In this document: one piece after another, positions 20,066 through 29,165 of the stretch
How the letters are laid out: every line of letters starts with the position of its first letter
How positions within the stretch are numbered: the stretch's first letter is position 1
From: Armatimonadota bacterium
GTDB taxonomy: Bacteria > Armatimonadota > SYMT01
Direction: 5' to 3'
Assembly: GCA_041690135.1 (NCBI GenBank)
Contig: JAWLHY010000001.1
Coordinates: forward strand, 352,001-416,000
DNA: 64,000 nt
The notes under the pieces: generated by a model
The model's database searches: none
What the model was told of the DNA's origin: nothing
The model's input: only the letters and a program-made list of their open reading frames with translations
Made by a program: the position numbers and the translations under genes

Positions 20066-20604
20066 TTAGGCCGCTCCGGCAACCGGCGAAAAGGGTCCTG
20101 AACGGCGGGGGCGACGTGGGGTACGAAAGGCTGCATGGAGCCGGCACGGGCTTCTGCTGCACACTCGCAAGGCGACGGGGGCTAAAGCCCAGCTACTACA
20201 AGCCGAGCGCACGGCCACGGCCTGGCGCTTCTCATCCACCAGGACCTCTCCCAGCGTGGCAAACCGGAAGGCGCCCCGCATGCCGTAGAGCCAGACTTCC
20301 TGGCCTTCCTCCGGGTCGAGTCCGGTGAGCGAGAGCGGCCGACCCTCCGCCAGGGTCCGGACCGCATCCGGCTCACCCAACAGGCGCCGCACCCGCTCGG
20401 CCGGCATGCCCAGGCGTAACTCGTAGTGTAAAACACCCTCCCGGTGACGTGACGGACCTGTTTGCTATGCAGGCGACGTACCACCTGCCGGAGCGCCGCC
20501 ACGAACTCCGCGCGGCTACGGGGACGTGCCGCCTCTACCGGTTGGGCGATCGGAACCGTTGCCAGCCACGCCGCTAACAAGGCCAGGGCAAGCCAGGGAC
20601 GCAT
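20066..20604 (-). pseudogene. Frameshifted exported protein with a SmpA/BamE-like motif
   Basis: Signal peptide in one frame (20604 start); ELRLGMPAERVRRLLGEPD in another frame that is closed by a TAG upstream; 3' end runs into a REP at ~20176-20199. Confidence 0.5.
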
Positions 20605-20738
20605 GCGGGATCTCCTCTGGATGCGGTGTTACTCGGGGATTGGGAGCTGGGAGGCTCGGATTGTTCTTGCTGGTAGATACGCGCATTAGCGCGGTCCGCT
20701 CTTGCGGCCAGGAAACTCGCACACGTCTCGCGAAGCGT

Positions 20739-20896
20739 ACCCGCTTGGCTGTTAGTGACGCGCTTTAGCGCGGTTCGCATTCGAGAACAGGCGGCCCGCA
20801 CATGTTGTGCGAAACCGTACCCGGAGAGATGCCGCTTATCAATCCTGGGTCCGGACCCACTTTCGCGAGAGGACGCGGGCTGAAGCCCGTTACTAC
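20739..20896. repeat. REPIN, left copy of the direct repeat flanking the RAYT
   Basis: Near-identical to 21651-21806; bounded by GTAG-type REP palindromes in inverted orientation. Confidence 0.88.
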
Positions 20897-20909
20897 CAGC
20901 AGTGACCTT

Positions 20910-21503
20910 TCATTCATCCCATCCCTTGCCGTAGGAGCGGATTGGATATTCACCCCAAAGCATATCGAGTGCCTCGGCGCCCCAATGTTCCAGGTACCAG
21001 CTCAGACTGGAGCAATCCCATTGCAGTGGGTGATCCGTCAAGCCATGCTTTACCGGGTTGTGGTGGATGTAGTTGAGAGTGGTGTAGTAGTGGGCGGTAT
21101 TGCGGATTCGGCGATCGGTGAAGCGGCACCAGACCTGCCGACCGACGGTCCCGTCTCGCCCGTTGAGCTCCCGCGACGTCCGGCCGTGAGTGCGTCCGAG
21201 TGGCTGGCTCAACTCCGACAGCGCGTTGCAACGGAGCAGGAGATGGTAGTGGTTCGGCAAGACTACCCAGGCGCTGACCTCGACGCTAGCTGCCTCCAGT
21301 TCCGTAAACAGGTCAGTGAGAAGCCAGATACGCTCGGACTCCAATTTGAGGAGCGGCTGGTGTTCATAGACGGCCGCCGAAATTAGATACCAGCCCCCTT
21401 CTTCATAAGCGTGCGGAGGTGAATGCAGGGGATGGCCTCGTTGCCGACGCTCATGCAATAGAAGTCGTCGCTCCTCATCTGAGAGCTTCCGGTATTCGTA
21501 CAT
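20910..21503 (-). mobile_element. rayT: REP-associated tyrosine transposase (RAYT, IS200/IS605 TnpA Y1 family)
   Basis: HUH motif AWVVLPNHYHLL, DRRIR, catalytic NYIHHNPVKHGL, W..SS; flanked by REPs. Confidence 0.92.
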
Positions 21504-21650
21504 CCACGGTCCCCTCGTTCACAGCTTCGCGTTTCAGCTCAGTTTGTGGCTACGAACCTGGCGCTGTATTTGCGCTGGTCAAACCCAGCTCTTGGGCTAC
21601 TGTTTGGTGGTGCACGTTCCGACTTCCTGCCTGCGACTCACGTGGGCTTG

Positions 21651-22166
21651 ACCCGCTCGGCTGGTAGTAACGCGCTTTAGCGCGGTTCGCATTCGAGAAC
21701 AGGCGGCCCGCACATGTTGTGCGAAACCGTACCCGGAGAGGTGCCGCTTATCAATCCTGGGTCCGAACCCACTTTCGCGAGAGGACGCGGGCTGAAGCTC
21801 ACTACTATAAGCCGAGCAAGCGGACGTGGGCTGAAGCTCACTACTATAAGCCGAGCAAGTGGACGTGGGCTGAAGCCTGGTACTACGAGCTGGGGCGGTG
21901 CCGCTTATCGATTCCGGGTCCTGTTCCAAACTCGCAAGCGGACGCGGGCTGAAGCCCGCTACTACCAGCCGGGGAGGTGCTGCTGTTTGCCAGTTCCGGG
22001 TCCGAACCCACTTTCGCGAGAGGACGCGGGCTGAAGCCCGCTACTACCAGCCGGAGAGGTGCCGCTTACCAATTCCGGGTCCCATCCCACTTTTGCAAGC
22101 GAACGCGGGCTGAAGCTCACTACTATAAGCCGAGCAAGCGGACGCGGGCTAAAGCCCGCTACGACG
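21651..22166. repeat. REPIN copy plus an array of 7 co-oriented REPs
   Basis: CG(C/T)GGGCTGAAGC(C/T)C(G/A)CTACTA at ~21786, 21826, 21865, 21943, 22025, 22104 and 22143, with ~40 and ~80 bp periods. Confidence 0.9.
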
Positions 22167-23100
22167 AGCCAAGGTCTCCCTTCGCCCGGCGGATCAACTC
22201 CTCGAACAGGCTTCTCCGCAGGGCGTCCGCCTCTTCCGGCGTGTAGTCGTACCAGCCGGCGCCGCTCTTCACCCCCAGGCGGCCGCGGACGACCTGCCCC
22301 GTGATGCTAGGGCCGGGGCCCTCCGCGTTGGAGAGATCGGGGAACAGGATCCCGCAGATGGAGTGCAGGGTGTCCAGGCCGGCCAGGTCGGCGGTGTGGA
22401 AGATCCCGGTGGCGGGGAGGCGGCGGCCGAAGCTGTAGCGGACCACCGTATCGATGTCCTCGGGGGTCGCGACTCCGCTCTCCACCAGCGACAGGGCTTC
22501 CCGCAGCATGGCGAACTGGAGGCGGTTGCCGATGAAGCCGAGGCACTCTTTGCGGACCACCGCCGGGCGCTTGCCTAGGGAAGCCAGCAGGGCGCGGACC
22601 GCTTCCACGGTTTCGGGGCTGGTGGCGGGGCCGGGGACCAGCTCCACCAGGGGGATCAGGTGGGCGGGGTTCCAGTAGTGGGCCACCAGCACCTGTTCCG
22701 GGCGGCCGGTTACCTCCGCCAGCAGGGAGGGCATCAGCGAGGAGGTGTTGCTCGCCAGGATCGCGTGCGCGGGGGCGTGGCGGTCCAGCTCCCGGAAGAG
22801 GCGCTGCTTGAGGGCGAGGTCCTCGCTCACGGCCTCGACCACGAGATCCGCGTCGGAGACGGCGGCGGGGAGGTCGGGGACATAGGTGACTCGCGCCGCG
22901 ACCGTCTCCACCGGTTCGGAAAGCAGGCCGTGCTCGGCAAGCTGGGCCGCGTTGGCGCGCAGGGTGGCGGCCGAGCGGGTGAACTGGTCGGGATGGGTGT
23001 CGGTGAGGCGGACCTCCCGGCCCGCGCGGGTGAAGTCGAGGGCAATGTTCGTGCCCATCAGGCCGGCACCTACAATGCCGATGTTCCGGAGTTCGTTCAT
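22159..23100 (-). CDS. 3-hydroxyacyl-CoA dehydrogenase family protein
   Basis: GAGLMG Rossmann motif, VEAVSEDLALK, LASNTSS, HYWNPAHLIPLVE, GFIGNRLQ. Confidence 0.93.
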   Translation of the reverse strand: MNELRNIGIVGAGLMGTNIALDFTRAGREVRLTDTHPDQFTRSAATLRANAAQLAEHGLLSEPVETVAARVTYVPDLPAAVSDADLVVEAVSEDLALKQRLFRELDRHAPAHAILASNTSSLMPSLLAEVTGRPEQVLVAHYWNPAHLIPLVELVPGPATSPETVEAVRALLASLGKRPAVVRKECLGFIGNRLQFAMLREALSLVESGVATPEDIDTVVRYSFGRRLPATGIFHTADLAGLDTLHSICGILFPDLSNAEGPGPSITGQVVRGRLGVKSGAGWYDYTPEEADALRRSLFEELIRRAKGDLGSS

Positions 23101-23990
23101 TCGAGTTGTCCCAGTCCCGCCGGCGGGCGGGTCTTACCCAGCGCTCCGGCGAGGGCGAGTAGCCCCAGGAGGTAGGGGAGGGTGGTGAGGAGGTCGGCGG
23201 AGAGCTGGACGCCGAACACGGGCCGGCCCTGGAGGGCGACCTGCGCCGCCTCGCCCAGGCCGAAGAAGAGGACCGCCCCCACGGCGCCGAGGGGGTGCCA
23301 CCGGCCGAAGATCACCGCCGCCAGCGCCAGGTAGCCGCGCCCGGCGGAGAGGTTCTCGGTAAAGGTGTGGGCGGCTTCCAGGCTGAGATACGCGCCGCCG
23401 ACGGCCGCCAGCCCGCCGCCGGCCGCCAGCCAGAGGGTGCGGAGGCCGTTCAGCGGGATCCCGGCGGCCCGGGCCGCGGAGGGCGCCTCGCCCACGGCCC
23501 GGAGCTGCAGCCCGGCGCGGGTGCGGTAGACCACGTACCAGGTGGCAAGGGTGAGCAGGAGCGCCAGCGGAACGAACGGGGAGCGCCCGCCCAGGAGGGT
23601 GCCCAGCACCGGCACGCCCTGCAGCGCGGGTAGCCAGGCGGCGGGACCGCTCACCTGCGCGCCGGCTTTGTAGAAGCTTCGAAGCAGGAAGGTGGTGAGG
23701 CCCAGTACTGCCAGGTTGAGGCCCACCCCGGAGATGATGGCGTCCACCCGCAGGTGGAGCACCAGCAGCGCGTGCAGCACCCCCATCAGGAGGCCCACGC
23801 CCACCGCCGCGGCGAGGCCGATCCAGGGACACCCGGCCGCCAGCGCCGCCGCCATGGCCGCGAACGCCCCGGCCAGCATCATCCCCTCCAGGGCGATGTT
23901 GACCACGCCGACGCGCTCGGAGAGCACGCCGCCCAGCGCGGCGAAGGCGACTGGGGTCGCGAAACGGAGGGTGGATTCTAGGACTTCCAT
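23097..23990 (-). CDS. ABC transporter permease (nucleoside/BMP-associated type)
   Basis: SERVGVVNIALEGMML, GLQLRAVGE, AGRGYLALAAVIFGRWHP, LPYL. Confidence 0.92.
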   Translation of the reverse strand: MEVLESTLRFATPVAFAALGGVLSERVGVVNIALEGMMLAGAFAAMAAALAAGCPWIGLAAAVGVGLLMGVLHALLVLHLRVDAIISGVGLNLAVLGLTTFLLRSFYKAGAQVSGPAAWLPALQGVPVLGTLLGGRSPFVPLALLLTLATWYVVYRTRAGLQLRAVGEAPSAARAAGIPLNGLRTLWLAAGGGLAAVGGAYLSLEAAHTFTENLSAGRGYLALAAVIFGRWHPLGAVGAVLFFGLGEAAQVALQGRPVFGVQLSADLLTTLPYLLGLLALAGALGKTRPPAGLGQLE

Positions 23991-24727
23991 CGGGCCTGGA
24001 TCGTTTCCCGGAGCGCGCGGACCGCCGGCGAGTTAGGGGCACGTTCCGAAAGATAGAACTCCATGTCGGCGGCGTGCTCCCACTCCCCCGCGGCGAGGCT
24101 GCCCCGCACGACGGAGACCGCCAGCTCGGCTGCCCATTCCAGGCCGGGGTCGTTCTCCAGCGCGGCGTAAAGCTGGATCATCACCCGCGACTCCCACTCC
24201 GGGTCGCGCAGGTCGCTCCCGTAGTTATCCAGGGCGTTGCAGTAGAAGCGGAACGCATCCCACACCTCCGTCACCGGTCGGGCCAGCTTCTCCGCGACCT
24301 CGGGCGCCAGCGGGCCGCGGATCGCCTCGGCGACCTCCCGCGCCCATTCCGGCATCCACTTCAGGAACTCCTCGCGCGGGCCGGCGAAGCGCGGGTAGAC
24401 CAGCACCTCGTCGCGCCGCCGGCTCAGGAGGCGGGTGTCCAGCCACAGCCGCTCCTCCGTCACGTCCAGCTGCCCGAAGAGCAGGTACTCGCCTTCCAGC
24501 TCGTCCAGGTGCCGGCGGGAGTCCGTGTCGTCCGCCGTGGCCACCGTCACCACGAAGCCGGTCCCTTCCTCCACCTCGATCACCAGCGGCGCCCACTCCG
24601 CGTGCAGTGCGCCGCTGCGGCGTAGCATCTGGGCCAGCACGTCGGGAATGCGCCGGGCGATGATGCTGCCGACGTAGAGACTGTTCTCCGTCAGGTTGAG
24701 CGGAATGCACCAGAGGTCTGTCGCCAT
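23978..24727 (-). CDS. Hypothetical protein (MATDLWCIPLN...), possibly TolB-N/TPR-like
   Basis: TAATG overlap with the xylB stop and overlap with the permease start; GC3-biased codons. Confidence 0.7.
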   Translation of the reverse strand: MATDLWCIPLNLTENSLYVGSIIARRIPDVLAQMLRRSGALHAEWAPLVIEVEEGTGFVVTVATADDTDSRRHLDELEGEYLLFGQLDVTEERLWLDTRLLSRRRDEVLVYPRFAGPREEFLKWMPEWAREVAEAIRGPLAPEVAEKLARPVTEVWDAFRFYCNALDNYGSDLRDPEWESRVMIQLYAALENDPGLEWAAELAVSVVRGSLAAGEWEHAADMEFYLSERAPNSPAVRALRETIQARWKS

Positions 24728-26247
24728 TAGACGGAGGCTACCGCGGCAAACGAGTCTTTCAAACGGCCGTAGAGGTCCCGGTAGACGGGGTAGTACCGCT
24801 GGTACACCGCGGCGTTCTCCGCCACCGGTGGGCAGTGGTCCACCACCTGAATGGTGGCGCGGCACGCCTCCGCGGCGGAGTTCCACACCCCGGTTCCCAC
24901 GCCTGCCAGCAGGGCCACGCCGAAAGCGGGGCCCTCGTCCACGTTGATGGTCACGTGCTCCCGGCCCGTCACGTCCGCCTGGATCTGCCGCCACAGCGGG
25001 CTGCGCGCGCCGCCGCCGCTGGCCCGCACCTCGCGGATCGGCACGCCCATCTCGTTCAGGATCTCGAAGGAGTCGCGGAGGCCGTACGCCACGCCTTCCA
25101 TCACGGAGCGCGCCATGTGGCGACGATCGTGCCGCAGGGTGAGGCCGAAGAAGACACCCCGCGCGTTCGGGTCGGGGTAGGGGGTCCGCTCGCCGGTGAG
25201 GTAGGGGAGGAAGATCAACCCCTCGCAGCCGGCCGGCGCCAGCGCGGCCTCCTGGGCGATGAGCTGGTAGGGGTCCACCTGCAGCGCTCGGGCCACGTCC
25301 ATCTCCGGGCCCGCCAGCACGTCGCGGTACCAGCGGAGGGAACCGCCGGCGGAGAGCATCACGCCCATCTGGTGCCACTTGCCGCTCACCGCGTGGCAGA
25401 AGGTGTGCAGGCGCAGGTTCGGGTCGACGGCCGGCTCGTCCGAAAAGGCGAAGACCACCCCCGAGGTGCCTACCGTGGAGGAGATGATCCCGCGCTCCAC
25501 GATGCCGTTGCCCACGGCGCCCGCGGCCTGGTCGCCGCCGCCCCCGACTACCGGCGTCCCGGCCTTCAGCCCCGTGGCCGCCGCGGCTTCCGCGCTGATC
25601 CGGGCGCTCGGCACGTCCGACTCGAAGCACTCCGGCATCCAGCTTTCCGGCACGTCGATCGCCGCCAGCAGCTCCGTGGCCCAGCGGCGCTCGCGGACGT
25701 GGAACATCGCCGTGCCGGAGGCGTCGGAGACCTCCGTGGCAAAGGCGCCCGTGAGCATGAAGCGGATGTAATCCTTTGGCAGCAGCACCTTCCGCACGCG
25801 GGCGTAGGTCTCCGGCTCGTGGTCCCGCAGCCAGATCACCTTCGGCGCCGTGAACCCGGTAAGGACCGGGTTACTCGTCAGCTCAACCACCCGCTCCGCG
25901 CCCACGGTGTTCGTGATCCACTCGCACTGGGCCGCCGTGCGCTGGTCGCACCACAGCAGCGCCGGCCGCAGCACCTCGTTGGCGCCGTCCAGGAACACCG
26001 ACCCGTGCATCTGGCCGGAAAGCCCCACGCCGGTTACCGCGTCCCCGGAAACGCCCGCCTTTGCCAGCACCTGCCGGATGGTCGCCTGCGTCGCCTCCCA
26101 CCAGTGGTGGGGGTCCTGCTCCGCCCAACCCGGCCGGGGGGTGCTGAGGGGATACTCGTAAACCGCGCTCGCCAGGGCGCGACCGCTCTCGTCGATGAGC
26201 AGCGTCTTCGTGCCGGACGTTCCGATGTCGATGCCAAGCAGGGCCAT
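24727..26247 (-). CDS. xylB: Xylulokinase (FGGY family)
   Basis: LGIDIGTSGTK, GLSGQMHG, LWCDQRT, GGGDQAAGA, FLPYLTGERTP, SGGGARS. Confidence 0.93.
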   Translation of the reverse strand: MALLGIDIGTSGTKTLLIDESGRALASAVYEYPLSTPRPGWAEQDPHHWWEATQATIRQVLAKAGVSGDAVTGVGLSGQMHGSVFLDGANEVLRPALLWCDQRTAAQCEWITNTVGAERVVELTSNPVLTGFTAPKVIWLRDHEPETYARVRKVLLPKDYIRFMLTGAFATEVSDASGTAMFHVRERRWATELLAAIDVPESWMPECFESDVPSARISAEAAAATGLKAGTPVVGGGGDQAAGAVGNGIVERGIISSTVGTSGVVFAFSDEPAVDPNLRLHTFCHAVSGKWHQMGVMLSAGGSLRWYRDVLAGPEMDVARALQVDPYQLIAQEAALAPAGCEGLIFLPYLTGERTPYPDPNARGVFFGLTLRHDRRHMARSVMEGVAYGLRDSFEILNEMGVPIREVRASGGGARSPLWRQIQADVTGREHVTINVDEGPAFGVALLAGVGTGVWNSAAEACRATIQVVDHCPPVAENAAVYQRYYPVYRDLYGRLKDSFAAVASV

Positions 26248-26382
26248 GGGAAAAGCTCTCTCCAGGTCGTGAAATCTACTCCGGGAGGTTCCGCGTAGGG
26301 GGCGCTCATCCCTGCGTGGCTGGTGAGTGGTGAGTGGTGCCTGGGAGCGATCCGCGAATAGCACGAATGGAACGAATGGGGA

Positions 26383-26481
26383 GGGTGTTCGGGTGTTCGG
26401 GTGGTCAGGTGTTCGGGTGTTCGGGTGGTCAGGTGTTCGGGTGTTCGGGTGGTCAGGTGTTCGGGCAGTCGGGCGTTCGGG
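26383..26481 (+). repeat. Octamer-based tandem repeat with a 24 bp period
   Basis: (GGTGTTCG GGTGTTCG GGTGGTCA)x3 plus degenerate units. Confidence 0.9.
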
Positions 26482-26656
26482 CAAAGAAAACGGCATTCAT
26501 GGCGAGGAGCGAGAGACCCGCAGCAACTTCCTCGAGCCTGGTGAGCCTTCCGACGAAGCAACAGGCTTCCTGAACCAGTACCTGTAAGCGACCCTAACTC
26601 CGCCGGGCAGGCGTGGCCATCCGCGTGGTCAAGGAAGTTGCATTTATACGAACTGG

Positions 26657-26845
26657 CAACCCCTTGGTCAGGGAACTCGGCATTACACGGAATTCTTAAT
26701 CCTCATCCTGATCCTAATCCACTCCGCCCCCTGGTCAGGGAAGTCGTCGTGAAGCCGGACTCCTTATCCTTATCCTTATCCGTCCCGCCCCCGGGTCAGG
26801 ACACCCTCCATGGGCCGGTACTCCTTATCTTTATCCTCATTCATT
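26657..26845 (+). repeat. Three degenerate ~65 bp units ending in (ATCCTN)n hexamer runs
   Basis: CCCC..GGTCAGG(G)A followed by ATCCTCATCCTGATCC, TCCTTATCCTTATCC and TCCTTATCTTTATCC respectively. Confidence 0.6.
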
Positions 26846-26999
26846 GCGATTAACGTTCAGGATTGTTCTTTTCGCGTTTTCGCTCTTTCGTGCTTTCGTG
26901 TTGGCCCGCGCAGCGCCACCGCCGAGCCCCAGAGCCGGTGGAAATCAGTGCCCTTTCTCGTATTCGCCTTGCCTTTGTGTCGCGAACCTCAAGCTCAAG

Positions 27000-27055
27000 A
27001 AAAAAGGCCCGCCGGGTGGCGGGCCGAGAGGAGACACAGTGCCCCTGAAATCTCC
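27000..27055 (-). ncRNA. Candidate small RNA (~56 nt)
   Basis: GGAGA...TCTCC hairpin followed by GGCCCGCC-ACCC-GGCGGGCC-T6 terminator, immediately downstream of a sigma70-like promoter. Confidence 0.55.
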
Positions 27056-27061
27056 ACGCCT

Positions 27062-27091
27062 ATCCTAGCAAATGCAAACTAATGTTTGCAA
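27062..27091 (-). promoter_or_regulatory. Sigma70-like promoter with overlapping operator palindrome
   Basis: TTGCAA-N18-TAGGAT with TGn extended -10; TGCAAAC-N4-GTTTGCA at 27073-27090. Confidence 0.6.
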
Positions 27092-27241
27092 GTAGTTTTT
27101 CGCTTTTCGCTCCGGCACCCGGCAGGCGGCTCGTTCAGCGGGGTCGGATCGCCGAACAGGGAAGAACCAGGACGGACACATCTCCGCGCGGCGTAGCAAC
27201 AGTAGACCTATAGCTGATTCGCCGGGCTTAGCCCGTACGGG

Positions 27242-28114
27242 CTAAGCCGTGTGTAGGCGCGAGTTCACTCGCCCAGCCGTATCGGCGGGCGCCTCCCCGT
27301 TGCGCATTCGCTGCTCCAACACCTCGTAAAGCAGGACCCCCGCGGCCACGGAGACGTTGAGCGAGTCGCTGCGGCCCCGCATCGGGATCCGGACCATCAG
27401 GTCGCACAGCTCCTCTTCCGCTTCGGACAGCCCCTGGCGCTCCCACCCCATGAAGAGGACCACCGGTCCGGAGTAGTCCACCTCCCGGTACGCAAGCGCG
27501 CCGGAGGGGGAGGTCCCGACGATCCGGCAGCCGTGCCGCTGCTTCCAGGCTCGCAGCTCGAGGGCGGAGGCGAGGACCAATTCCTGGGTGAAGAACGCGC
27601 CCATGCTGGCCCGGACCACGGCCGGGTCCCAGGGGTCTGCGGCGCCCTCCAGGCAGATCAGCCCGCGCGCCCCCGCGGCATCGGCGGTCCGGAGCATCGT
27701 CCCGAGGTTCCCCGGGGACTGGACCGTGCTCACGGCGAGCCAGTAGTCGCCCGGGTCCGGCCGGGCGTGCCAGAGGGGCATCCAATCCTTATGCATCACG
27801 GCGGCAAGTCCTTGTGGTTCCGCCGCCAGGGTGAACGCGCGGTACGCCGCGGGGGAGAGGTCGTGAACAGGTACTCCGCCTCGCCGGATGCGGGCCGCCA
27901 GGCTGCGCCCGTGCGGGGTGAGCCATTCCTTGCAGGTGATCACCCGCTCGAACCGGGCGTTCCGCTCCACGGCCTGCGCGACGAAGCGGATCCCGTCGAT
28001 CAGGAACCGGCCGCGACGGTCCCGCTCCTCCCGTTCGTGGAGGCGGCGCAGCTCGCGGACCAGTGGGTGGCGGGAGTGGGTAACGGCAGATGGATAGACA
28101 TCGGTGCGTGGCAT
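27242..28114 (-). CDS. TrmH/SpoU family RNA methyltransferase
   Basis: VQSPGNLGTMLRTADAAG, VRASMGA, MGWERQGLS, IPMRGRSDSLNVSVAAGVLLYE. Confidence 0.95.
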   Translation of the reverse strand: MPRTDVYPSAVTHSRHPLVRELRRLHEREERDRRGRFLIDGIRFVAQAVERNARFERVITCKEWLTPHGRSLAARIRRGGVPVHDLSPAAYRAFTLAAEPQGLAAVMHKDWMPLWHARPDPGDYWLAVSTVQSPGNLGTMLRTADAAGARGLICLEGAADPWDPAVVRASMGAFFTQELVLASALELRAWKQRHGCRIVGTSPSGALAYREVDYSGPVVLFMGWERQGLSEAEEELCDLMVRIPMRGRSDSLNVSVAAGVLLYEVLEQRMRNGEAPADTAGRVNSRLHTA

Positions 28115-28479
28115 CCTTTCTCGGGCTCGCCGGGAGCCCGCGGCGGCCGCTCCGGAGCGCGGGCGGCCAGAGACAGGGACCGCCCCCCGGCAAACGCAGG
28201 GGGGCGGTCAACGACTGTATTGAGCTGATAGTCGGGAGCAGGCGTGTGCGAAACCGCCCCGATCCGTCCGGACCGGGGGAACAGGCCGGCGACTAAGGTG
28301 CGACGGCGGTTCGCATGCATCGGCTCCCTTCGGGCACCGCTGGTGAAGTGGCGGTATGCAACTCCGCCGTAGAGAGAAGTAAGGGTCGGGATGGGAACCC
28401 GCACCCGACGGTGCCCGGCATGAGTATACCCTGGAGGTTGGGCTCAATTACCCCGCTGAAAAGATTTTCGGCGGATCAA

Positions 28480-28505
28480 GCAAATCCGGGTGCGCTGATC
28501 CGTCT
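28480..28505 (+). promoter_or_regulatory. Possible ECF-type autoregulatory promoter
   Basis: GCAAAT-N15-CGTCT just upstream of the ECF sigma gene. Confidence 0.35.
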
Positions 28506-28536
28506 CACCTCATGACATCCCGAAGGAGGCGCCCGG

Positions 28537-29133
28537 ATGGCATGCGGGGGAGAAAGCGTTGTGGAGGAGTGGAGGCCCGTCGAGGACCGAAGCGCGGAGG
28601 TCGAGCTCGTCCACGCCATTCTCCGGGGCGACCGCGGGGCATTCGAACTGCTGGTTTCGACCCACTCCGTCCAGGTGACGTCGGTCGTCCGGCGGTTTAC
28701 CCCCGACCCTAACGACCTGGAAGATGCGGTGCAGGAGACCTTTTTGCGCGCCTACCGCAACCTGAAGCGGTTCCGCGGCGAGGCGAGCCTGCGCACCTGG
28801 TTGATCCAGATCGCCCTGAATGTTTGCCGCGACCGTCGCCGCACCTTCTGGAAGCGGCGGGTGGTGCTGGCCCCGGAACCGCGCGACCTCGAGATTCAAC
28901 CCGGCGCCCGGCGCGGGTTCGAGGAGCATGCGGCGCTCCAACATACCGTTGCGCGAGCCGTGGACGCTTTACCCGAGGAGCTCCGGCTGCCCTTCGTGCT
29001 CCACGTGTACGAGGAACTCTCCGGCGCCGAAGTCGCGCAGGTGCTGGGATGGAATCCGAGCACCGTATGGTCCCGCATTTACGCCGCCCGAAAACGCTTG
29101 CAGAAGGAACTGGGGCACCTGTTGGAAGGATGA
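28537..29133 (+). CDS. ECF RNA polymerase sigma factor
   Basis: DLEDAVQETFLRAY, FRGEASLRTWL, region 4 LSGAEVAQVLG...TVWSRIYAAR. Confidence 0.93.
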   Translation: MACGGESVVEEWRPVEDRSAEVELVHAILRGDRGAFELLVSTHSVQVTSVVRRFTPDPNDLEDAVQETFLRAYRNLKRFRGEASLRTWLIQIALNVCRDRRRTFWKRRVVLAPEPRDLEIQPGARRGFEEHAALQHTVARAVDALPEELRLPFVLHVYEELSGAEVAQVLGWNPSTVWSRIYAARKRLQKELGHLLEG

Positions 29134-29165
29134 GCCGCTTTCCCGGGCTGGGAGGAGCCACTGAA

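Noticed and set aside
21786-22166. Possible CRISPR array
   Set aside because: Spacers resemble each other, periods alternate between ~40 and ~80 bp, repeats are GTAG-type REPs beside a RAYT, and there are no cas genes
27000-27060. Riboswitch controlling xylB
   Set aside because: About 750 nt from the xylB start with repeats in between, and no match to riboswitch consensus sequences I recognise
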